Shown piece by piece: positions 38,440 to 48,895 of a stretch of DNA of 64,000 nt. The stretch spans positions 11,286,001-11,350,000 of the forward strand of contig CM097885.1 in assembly GCA_044892525.1 (NCBI GenBank). The letters run 5' to 3'. A program made the position numbers and the translations under genes. The first letter of the stretch is position 1, and each line of letters starts with the position of its first letter. The notes beneath the pieces were generated by a model. The model did not search any database, had not been told where the DNA came from, and saw only the letters and a list, made by a program, of their open reading frames with translations. This stretch comes from Schmidtea polychroa. Taxonomy: Eukaryota.

Positions 38440-38904
38440 ATGCTTTCAAATATAAATTACAGGGCAAAAGCTGATGTATCGAAAATGGTATTTCCAATGG
38501 GGAAACCACAACAACTTATCAATAGAAGTAAAAAATATCCAATAATATATTTCAAAACTGGTAAATGTAGAATTATGGGGTGTAAGGAAATAATCAAAGC
38601 TAGTGAATATAATGTTTATGATTTAGAAATACAATCGATAACCGTAACTTCCGATATAGATTTTTCTTGTAATTTAAATAATTTCGCTAAATTAATACCA
38701 TGCTTTTACGAACCAGAATTATTTCCAGCTTTGAGATATATAAAATATAACCCTATGTGTGTAAATATATTCGCTAGCGGTAAGATAGTAATTCTTGGAA
38801 TAAAAAATATTGATTACAAATGTATAGTTGATAATATCATATCTGAAATTAAATCAATAATTGAAGGAAAAGAATTTTTAGATTTTTTATTATCACTTAA
38901 TTAA
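38440..38904 (+). CDS. TATA-binding protein-like protein
   Basis: IIYFKTGKCRIMGCK, IQSITVTSD, YEPELFPAL and VNIFASGKIVILGIK. Confidence 0.86.
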   Translation: MLSNINYRAKADVSKMVFPMGKPQQLINRSKKYPIIYFKTGKCRIMGCKEIIKASEYNVYDLEIQSITVTSDIDFSCNLNNFAKLIPCFYEPELFPALRYIKYNPMCVNIFASGKIVILGIKNIDYKCIVDNIISEIKSIIEGKEFLDFLLSLN

Positions 38905-39025
38905 TTATTTATCATTTCAAATTCAATGCAATTAAAATGCATGATTCTGATTGGTCAAAATCTAATTGGCTGATGATTATTTATAACAAAATGTTTTCGG
39001 TTTAGTTATCATTTATTCAACAAAA

Positions 39026-39437
39026 ATGTACAACATACAAAGTTCCGCAATCACCTCAATGAAAGAGCATGCAAATTATGGTAATTTCAAATTTTTATTG
39101 TTACATTAATATATATATATTTTTTACAGATGAATATCAATCAATTATCCTGCAAAGATTATGCTTCTATTATCCAGAATTAAATGAAATTCTACAAGAT
39201 AGAGATCCATCTATCATTCCGGATTTGGTATACAACCAAACTCGAATCTGGATATTCGATATAATAAACACCTTTCTATGGGATATCAAGATAGGAAGGG
39301 GGATGAAAGAAATGAAAGCAGAGGCTCCTTGCATTTTCGGATGTAGCTGTTGCAATTTCCGTTATCAACAATATATTGAATGGTGTTTGGTGAAGACTCT
39401 GAGAAATCATCACTCGAGTCAGATTGTATCAAAATAA
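39026..39437 (+). CDS. Accessory protein with CxxGCxCC motif (intron 39081-39129)
   Basis: The spliced frame is open and the intron position is shared by all three copies. Confidence 0.68.
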
Positions 39438-39594
39438 ATTTTTTTTTTTTTTTTTTTTTTATGTTGAATTGTTTTGTTTTTGTAAATCGAAATAATAGAA
39501 ATAGAAATAATAATAATAGAAATAATATAAGTAATAATAGAAATATTAGAAATAATAATAATAAAAAACAATATTTATAATAAAAACATTAATG

Positions 39595-39700
39595 CAACAT
39601 TAATGCAAATGACATGCAATTTAAACAAAGACATGTAATTTAAACAAAGACATACATCAATCTGATTGGTTGATAAACAATAGTCATAGGTATAAAAACC
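39595..39700 (+). promoter_or_regulatory. Promoter module: octamer ATGCAAAT, AACAAAG, CCAAT box, TATAAAA
   Basis: Motifs lie upstream of the ATG at 39732. The octamer block recurs at 40213 and in copies 1 and 3. Confidence 0.6.
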
Positions 39701-39731
39701 CTGTACCATTTCATTTTAATCATTATTTACG

Positions 39732-40151
39732 ATGACAAAGAAAATTTCAAGCACTGAAAAGCCAAAAGTTGTTCCAGAACTTGTACAACCTGTTCAAATG
39801 TTCCACAACTATAAAATGTATTTTTTAAAAGAAGAAATCAATATAAAATTGGTGTCACCGATCAAGCTAATTCCAACTAAATTTCAATTCTTATCCGGCA
39901 CGCTTTCAATGTTAGATGTTAAATCTATTGATGAGGTTTTCAAACGGTTGAATACGAATCTATCTTGTAATCAACATGCCTGGTTCAACAACAGATATGC
40001 AAGATTTTATGATTCATTTGATGAAATCGGTTTCAAAGAAAACGAAAATTGGTATATAACAATTGCAATCCAAGGATATAAAGTTGATAATAATGATGTG
40101 TATTCTCCAATTTGGAAAATTATGTCTGCTAGACTTTCACAACTATTTTAA
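39732..40151 (+). CDS. Accessory protein, possible OB-fold ssDNA-binding protein
   Basis: Conserved 136-139 aa ORF with an aromatic, beta-rich C-terminus (WYITIAIQGYKV..YSPIWKI). Confidence 0.6.
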   Translation: MTKKISSTEKPKVVPELVQPVQMFHNYKMYFLKEEINIKLVSPIKLIPTKFQFLSGTLSMLDVKSIDEVFKRLNTNLSCNQHAWFNNRYARFYDSFDEIGFKENENWYITIAIQGYKVDNNDVYSPIWKIMSARLSQLF

Positions 40152-40284
40152 TGTTATATTTAATAAATGTATTAGTCATATTTGTTTTTTCTCTTTATTA
40201 ATTGCAACATTAATGCAAATGACATGCAAATTTAACAAAGAAAATCTATAAACAAACTTATAATATAGTTTTAAAGTGTTATTA

Positions 40285-40619
40285 ATGACTACAGAAAAAG
40301 GTTAACATGATTAATTAAATACCGAATTATTTATTATTTAGAATTATTAATCAACTTTTTGTTGGAAAAGTTAGCAGAAATAGCTGGTGTAAAAATTGAG
40401 GATATATTATCTATTACAAATGCCTTAAATATCGGCTGGGTAGCTGAGAGTCAAGATTCAGGATTTGACAATCATGAAGAAACTCAAGAAATTGATGACG
40501 AAATCTATGAACCTATAGAGGAACCTAAAGATAATATTACGAATGATTGTATTGATCATGTCGTTGAAAATATAATGAAATGTGGAGATGACGATTGCGA
40601 ATGTGTTAATAAATTTTAA
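40285..40619 (+). CDS. Small acidic accessory protein (intron 40301-40341)
   Basis: Spliced MTTEKE|LLINFLL frame; DSGF motif, acidic tract and CGDDDCEC tail. Confidence 0.65.
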
Positions 40620-40691
40620 AATTGAATTATTTTCATTTAAATATACTATTAAAAACAATAACATTAATTTTTATTCATATATCTACAGAAA

Positions 40692-40692
<1 letters not shown>

Positions 40693-40755
<63 letters not shown>

Positions 40756-41288
40756 TATGTTTTATTACATTGTTTATTAATACCCTTGCGAGTTGTTGAG
40801 CGTGACCAGTACCCTTGTGAGCAGTACCCATAGGGGGACAGAATATTTTGTCGGATAGACTCGGAGTATATAGATTAATAATATATCAATGAGAACACTA
40901 ACTTGTTGCGTGTGTGGACACTAATAATATTTTTATACATTGTGTGTGTATGACCATAGGGGAACAGAATATTTTGTCGGGTAGACTATATTGTGTGTGT
41001 GTAATAATAAATTTATTTTATTAAACTTTTATCAATAAGTTTTTAAAATACCGCAACGTAATATATATTTTAAAATACCGCAACGTAATATAAATTAAAA
41101 AAAAAATTTTTTTTTAAAAAAATTTAAAAAAAAAAAAAATTTTAAAAAAAAATTTTAAAAAAAAATTTAAAAAAAAAAAAAAAAAACCCCCCCTCCCCCC
41201 GGGGGTGGGGGGTATGACGTAATATGTCTTTGTGACGTCATCGATGACGTCATATGTCTTTGTTCCCGGGTCCACACAATACCCTACT
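40693..41288 (-). repeat. Right terminal inverted repeat of copy 2
   Basis: Reverse complement of 26112-26745. Confidence 0.95.
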
Positions 41289-41550
41289 ATTGTTGTTTTC
41301 CTTTTTTCCCTGATTTCAAAATTCTTTTTTCTTTTTTGTACTAATTAATTAGTACTGATCTTCATTTTTATTTTCCTGTTTGATAACTTTTATTTCCTTT
41401 CTCTTTCTCATTTTTGATTTCTTTTCACTTCCGTTTTCTTTTCTGAGTCCCTATAGATCGTCCCGTTTGTCATGGCGATCTTCCCCAGGTAATTTTATTT
41501 ATTTCTTTATGAATTATTATTTAGGTATCCTCAACATATCTCCCCCTTTA
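41289..41550 (-). repeat. Start of a 3' LTR (TG at 41536) with its polypurine tract
   Basis: The minus strand reads TTCGAGGACGAAAT..AAAGGGGGAGA-TA-TGTTGAGG, a typical Gypsy PPT/LTR junction. Confidence 0.7.
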
Positions 41551-42264
41551 AAATAATTTCGTCCTCGAAATAAATTAAGATTTTGTTCTAAAAAATTTTA
41601 AATAATCAATATTTTATTTTTAAAATTCGATGAAAAAAATTATTTGAAGATTGTTTTAGGTGTTTAAAGTCAATCAGTAACTCTTAATTAACTTAAAAGT
41701 AAAATTGGATATAATAAATGTTAAAATATTCTAAATTCCTACAATGAATATTAGAAGGTATGTGTTGATTAAGTGTTGATAAATTTTTAAGAGTTATTGG
41801 AAATTAATTTTTATTTTACAATTTCAAATACATATTAAAGTTTCCTTTCTTCATTTGGAATTATTATTTGATATAATATTTTGTTATAAAAATATTTATT
41901 TTATAATATTTCTGGTAAAAATAATATACACAAATATATACAGTCATATTTGTTGATTCAGACTCTCGGAATTTCAATGATTAATTTCCCAAGAACAATA
42001 TTTGAAACTCCAAAAGTTCAAGACAACTATCAAATAGTTTGCACCGTAACACAGATCAGACAACACATGAAATTTTTAAATTTTTGATAAATTCTAAAGG
42101 AAACATTGATTTTGCTCGATGGAAGAGATTAAAAATAGTTATAACAAATAGGTTTAATCAATATTAGTTTTTTAAATTTCCTAGCATAGCGTAATTTAAT
42201 TTTAATTTTTATATTATTCATTTTGGTGGGTATTTCATCAAAATTAATAGTCGACTAGTCATTG

Positions 42265-42695
<431 letters not shown>

Positions 42696-43375
42696 TAAAT
42701 TGGCATTACTTATTTAATTATTTTAATATTATAAATAACCATAAATCAACTAATTTAATGCAATTTTTTGTTGTTAGAATAAATATTTTTCATTTCATAT
42801 CAAATTCATGTCAAATTTTCATGTCAAATTATTTGATCTTTTGATTAAAATATAGTTTGAATAAATATTTTTCATTTCATTTCAAATTCATGTCAAATTT
42901 TCATGTCAAATTTTCATGTCAAATTATTTGATTAAAATATAATTATTAGTTGAGTGCCTTCAATATTTTAATTGCACAATTCCTCTAAGAGGAAAAAAAA
43001 TTTGTCATTGTCTAGCACTTTCGTGCCTTTACTTTTTTTTTACTTATTTGCCGCTATCTGGACACATGTTTTTTTATTACGAGATTTTTATTAAAGTGGC
43101 ACTTATGTGCCTAATTTTTATGTTCGTTGCGCAGGCTTAAATGGAGAATTAGAGATTGGTTTGCATTTGTTTTCTGATTGGCTAGCATGCAGAATTTTAA
43201 CATTCTGATTGGCTACCTTGAGGAATTCCAACATTCGTTAGTACGAAAAATGATAAATTATAAAATGAACAACATTTTTAAAATTGTTCATTAATTTGAT
43301 AAAAAAATATTTTTAATTTGAATGATCACCGTAACGAATGCTCTAATTATTATTATGTTAATTTGACAAATTCCC

Positions 43376-43648
43376 GTGACTATTTCCTTACAAATCGATC
43401 GATGGAGCCACGCGGAAAAGGTTAATAAATTGTTAAGAAAAGCCATATCATGTTACAATATCCAAGGATTTGGAATATCGGTGGTGAAAAGGGATAAAAT
43501 TATTTCTCAGAAAATTTTTTTTGGTTATCCTGTTATTAGAAATAAAGTGCCTTATTTGGTAAATGAAACAAATATGTTAATAGCATTAATTAGTAAAAGT
43601 TCAAAGCGATGCTCATTAGTTATTTTTCAATTGGAAACAGGTTATTAG
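43376..43648 (+). pseudogene. Possible fragment of a beta-lactamase-family (serine hydrolase) gene
   Basis: LLRKAISCYNIQGFGISVVKRDKII..GY..V....IALISK resembles the family N-terminus up to the SxxK region. CCAAT boxes lie upstream. Confidence 0.4.
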
Positions 43649-43679
43649 TTTGAAATTCATCAGTATTTTTATATGGTTG

Positions 43680-43793
<114 letters not shown>

Positions 43794-44493
43794 TTAATAA
43801 TAATGATCATACTGATAATAATAACAGTAGTAGTAATAAAGGTAGCAAAAATTCTATAATAATACAATAATTACAATGATTCTAATGATGATGATAATAA
43901 TAATAATTAATCAATAATGAAAATAATAATAATTAATTGAAATAATAACTATGTAATAATGCCTCTTCCATAATTACAATGATTTTAATGATGATGATAA
44001 TAATAATTAATCAATAATGACAATAATAATAATTAATTGAAATAATAATTATGTAATAATGCCTCTTCCTCTCTATATAGGGTTTATTATTTATGTCGTT
44101 CTTTTCCAAATTACCTAGCACGCTGGTTACGCCATGCTGCAGGCGGCGAGGTAATTTTGCCATGAAGTCTTCAGATCCCGAAGTTCGTGATCTGGGAACT
44201 TCAAGGCCTTTTTATTACTTCCGAATTACATATATTTATTTATTCATTTTTATTTATTTGAGTAGCTCCCGTAGGATTCTTACTACAACTGTATTAGTAT
44301 TGAAAAAAAAATTTTTTTTTTACATTATACAATATTATATTATTAAATTTTCAACTTATAATTATGATTTAATTAATTTTTTTGTTGCCTTTGCTATTTT
44401 ATTATTTTATTATTTATTTGATAAAAGATTTTTAGGGTACAAAAAAAATAAAGTAATTACGAATAATAAATTTTATTTATTTATTACAATTAT

Positions 44494-44859
44494 TCATCTT
44501 TTGTCGAGTAACTTTGTAATTTTTATCTTTTCATCTTCTCTTTGATAAGTGGCTAAGATTTTTGAGCTTCCATTCTTCTCCGTTGATGATAATTGTATTT
44601 CCCACGAATTTTCCGTAGTTACCGTTTGGGTTTCCATATCTTTGAGTCTTCGTTTTGCCATTCTCTTTATACGAAGCTCAATTTTCCCCGCCATTTTTAA
44701 TTCCTCTTCCATTGTTATCGTTACTTTATATCTCTTGATGGTTTTCATTGATTCGATGGAATGAAGATTTATTTCCATCTCTTGGATTTCCACAGCTTTT
44801 TCCTTTTGTGGTTTTTCCGGGATTTTGAGTTTACTATATTCCCTTTTTTGATTCATCAT
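44494..44859 (-). CDS. Unknown 121-aa ORF at the 3' end of the retroelement
   Basis: Its start overlaps the exonuclease stop (TAATG); same K/E-rich composition. Confidence 0.45.
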   Translation of the reverse strand: MMNQKREYSKLKIPEKPQKEKAVEIQEMEINLHSIESMKTIKRYKVTITMEEELKMAGKIELRIKRMAKRRLKDMETQTVTTENSWEIQLSSTEKNGSSKILATYQREDEKIKITKLLDKR

Positions 44860-46016
44860 TAGTTGGCGAGTTCTAACTCTTGTAGGGAGTGAGATATCCG
44901 CGTTGGCACTTTTATATCATCTTCCCAATCGCTTTCCAATGCCAAATAAACTCGTCTCACTGCATCCGTATCTTCTCTTGCCGAGTGCGTTCCCTTTTGC
45001 ATTGATATTTGGCATATTTCTTGAGCAATTATCGACAATTTGTACCATTGCCCATTCTTTGTGATTTTCCTTTTCGTTAGAGCTTGGACTGCTGCTAGAT
45101 CCCGAATTCCCCATAAATCATTTGGGTTAACTCCACTATACCTTAATTCATTTTGTAGATCATGTACTACCAATATTTTTCGTGCTGTTAGTTCCTGAAT
45201 TTTCCTTTGGCTCTCATATTGGTCTTCTTGGTTCCTAGACATTTTTTCAGTAATGCCGTGAACCTGTGTAACATAGTTTTTTATTTTTTCTCTCGGAGTT
45301 ATCAAAGCATTATAGATTATTTTCCCGGTATATTCGATGAGGCATACCGCTAGTGGGATCATTCTATTGTCCTCACTTACTCCATATTCGGCATCCATGA
45401 ATATTATATTTTTTCGGATTTCTTCAGTGGTTAAATATTTTCTCAGGAATGACTTTCGGTGTTTCAACATTTCCTCAGTAATTGGGAGCAAGGTATTTTC
45501 TTCTTCTATTGAGATGATTCTTTCTACCGCGTTACTTGTGGGCATTTTACTGCGGCATTCTAATACTAACCACGCGGTTCCATTCGTTGCTCGCATACGT
45601 TTATGCCATGTTTCTTTATCAATTTTCCATGATGAATTGTTTGGCATTGTTCAGGTTATGGTTCCTTCATTGTTTATGATTTCCACTATTCCTTTAAATA
45701 CACGGATCTCCCAATTTTCATCATTTTTCCTCACTAATAATTCGGCTATTTTCATTCTTGATCTCCATTCGATCTCCATTAGACATATCCTCATTTTCTC
45801 ATTGCCTGTTCTTGCCCAATTTGGGATTCTCAGATTTTCTTCGATTACATATGTCTTCTCTATTCGGCTTCTCTTTTCTCTAAGATACTGTGAATATAAT
45901 TTCGCTGGTCTGCTGATTTTCTCCATTTGATATTCTTTGTTTTTCTTCGTTTTCTTCTTTAAAAATTTTGTCAAATCGCTGAAAACAACCATACTCTTAT
46001 ATCCCAACTCTCCCAT
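44859..46016 (-). pseudogene. DEDDh 3'-5' exonuclease (REX4/ISG20-like) with N-terminal extension; one in-frame stop
   Basis: IFMDAEYG, VTQVHGIT, ILVVHDLQNE, IRDLA and HSAREDT motifs. ORF 45651-46016 is in the same frame. Confidence 0.82.
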
Positions 46017-46184
46017 CAGTAGTACAATCGTTTAACCAATCAAATTACAGGAATGATAATTTAATTTTAGATCACGAATAATCACAATACAAGATCACTA
46101 TTAGTCATTTTTATGTAATTATAAAAGGTATGAAAGAAAGAAATACTCTACGATATTAATAGCATGCAACGAAATCATATCTTA

Positions 46185-47360
46185 CTACACCCATGTCTCT
46201 AACTGCTGCGGCTCAGAATATTGATAGTCGCAGATAGAATTGTCATTGTCATTACTTCTCAAGATTAGAACAATGTAGATGAGTAGGATACCACTTGGTA
46301 TTGCCACAATGATACATATGAATAGCAATTCGACACAATTGTTATGAGATGATTTTTCTTTACAGTTTAGTGAAAAGCTTTCGTTTTTTGACCATGAGGG
46401 TTTTACGGTTAATGTTAGATTATGATCACTTATTATTTCTCCAATGGGTTGAGTATGAGGAAGATGAATATGTCTATTTTCAATGAAAGTGACTTTCCAT
46501 TGATCTGAGTTCGCTTTGCGCTTGCAATATTGAATTTTGATCATGAAATTTCTTGGTTTCGGATTAGATACTGAGTTCAAGGTACTCAACTTTGCTCTTT
46601 GTTGGTATTCGTCTAACACCACCTGAATTTTATTATTTACAAAAATATTTACCCTTTGTCTGAGGCCTGGTTGGCGTAACACAATTATTTCATTGTTCTC
46701 AATTTTTATTTGAACTCGATTAGTTTCGTTAACCAAGTGTACTGCTTCATATTGACTCTATCCATTGATTATTCATATACGTCCCATTGTCATGAATGAG
46801 TTTCTCGTAATAATGTATTGAAAGACTGTAAGTGAGATTTTCTTGTAAATTTTTGTATTTAACAAAAGATTTTCTTTTATTTAATGTTTCAATCGTAATG
46901 TTTTGAAAAACAATTCTGACTTTCTGTTGCTCTTCCGCTTTCCAATATACGTGAATTTCATTTATCATCGGTTCAATTTCAGCTAAATTTCTCCATTCAT
47001 TTGTCCAAATGTTAATTTGTATAAGGTTATAAATATTTTGAGTAGTATTTGTTTGATGCGTATATTGTTTAATGGTCCAAGGATATTTGTAATTTGCTGT
47101 CAATCGACGAGCTACATATATGCTTTTCTCATAATTCAACGTAACAGATGGTTCGAAAGGGTTCAATAAATTACTAACTTCTATTTGTTCTGATATTTCA
47201 CAATGATATGTCCACACAATACTAGTAAATGTTGTATATATATATAAATTTTATCCAATAAGGGTACTTTTTCTACTGAATATGGTAGATTCATTGTTAT
47301 TCCACTTGCATTTGCTATGACATTTATTATGACTGTAGTTATAAATAAAACTCTGTTCAT
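46185..47360 (-). pseudogene. Type I membrane protein with FN3-like ectodomain, downstream of integrase
   Basis: Signal-like VLFITTVIINVIANA, EIHVYW..YKNLQENLTYSLSI, TM LLFICIIVAIPSGILLIYIVLIL, and tail ETWV. Confidence 0.55.
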
Positions 47361-47439
47361 ATATCCCAATGGCGTAGGGTTTTTTTGAAATTTTTGTTGA
47401 ATAATTTTTTCATCATTAAGTTTTTTTTGTTTTGATCGT

Positions 47440-48895
47440 AATTGATACTCTATTTCGGATACTTTCTTACATCGATTGGCATGAACTATAATTGTTTCTG
47501 CTCTTTTGTTATTCATTGGACGTAACTTCAAATTAGTTGCTGTAACATCACATACTGTATATGGACCTTTGAATGGTCTTTGTAATTTTATTGATAGGCC
47601 CCTTACTGGCTCCGGCCTGTTTAAATATACTGAATCTCCGATTTTATTCCGTGCTCATGCGCCTTTTTGTCATAGTTTTCTTTATATTTTTCTTGACGAT
47701 ACTTAATTTTTAACCCCGCACGAGTCCATGCAGATTATAATCGTTCTTGTATTATTACTTTATAATTTGGAACGTCCATGTATTGAGACGTTGGGGGTTG
47801 AAATTTCAGGTCAATTGTCATATTGTTTCGTCTCAAATACATTAAATAAAAAGGTGTTTCACCTGTACTCTCGTTAACTGCATTTCGATAGGCAAACAGA
47901 CATGGATTGATAAATAAGTCCCAATCTTTTTGTTTCCGATTTACATACGATGAGATCATATTGATTAAAGTACCATTAAATCTTTCTACTAGCCCGTCTG
48001 TTTGCGGGTGATATGGTGATGTATTTAATTTATAAATACCAAATAATTCGGTAATGGATTTAAATAAATCACTTTGAAAATTTGTTCCTTGATCTATTAA
48101 CAATTTCTTTGGAGCACCATATCTGAATATAATCTTTTCGACAAATATTTGAGCAACTTCTTCCGCTTGTTGATTTGGTATTGCGTACGCCTCTGGCTAT
48201 TTTGTTAAATAATCACAAAATACAATAATATATTTATTTCCATTTGTAGTTTCGGGTAAGGGCCCGATAATATCCATTGCTGAAAATTCTATTGGCACAT
48301 CTGGTATTGGCATTGGTTTTAGTGGGACTTTTATTTTCTTTCCTGTATTCTTTCGAGTTAGACAAATTTTGCACGTATTACACTAATGCTTTACATCTTG
48401 GTCCATTGTATTCCAAAAATACTTTAGTTTTAATCGTGACATTGTTTTTCTTGCTGATAAATGTCCACCCAATGCTCCATCATGATATTGTAACAATAAC
48501 GTATTTCGATGCTTAGTTGGAACAACTATTAATAATTCATCACCTTTAATACACTTTAATATACCTTTGTGAATTACATATTTATGCTTTTCCTCAATTA
48601 ATTGTTTCAATTCACTGTCCTTTTTCATTATCACTGTATGTTTGATTATTTGTTTTAGTTCATCATCCATTTTCTGATCTCGTTGCAGCTCTGACATATT
48701 GTTTGCTGCTTTGATTACTGATAATACTGTATCTCTCAAACTTATTTCTTCCTGGTCAACACTAATTTCCTCATTTGAGATCCTTGACAATGCATCTGCG
48801 TTAGCGTTTGATTTTCCTGTTCGGTATTTTATTTCAAAATCATATTCTTGTAAGGCTATAGACCACCTTATCAATTTGCTTGCTGCATCTCGATG
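47440..48895 (-). pseudogene. Gypsy RNase H end, linker and integrase (HHCC, DDE, GPY/F)
   Basis: RWSIALQEYDFEIKYRTGKSNANADALSR, HDGALGGH..CKIC, MDIIGPLP, DQGTNF, YHPQTDGLVER and FKGPY. Confidence 0.93.

Larger units (their letters stand above)
26112..41288 (-). mobile_element. Complete Polinton/Maverick (copy 2), 15,177 bp
   Basis: Termini AGTAGGGTATTGTG..CACAATACCCTACT. TSD ATTGTT at 26106-26111 and 41289-41294. Full core gene set present. Confidence 0.97.

Noticed and set aside
44061..44075. Purine tract on the minus strand as an alternative PPT
   Set aside because: Not followed by a TG LTR start, and it lies at the end of a local tandem duplication.
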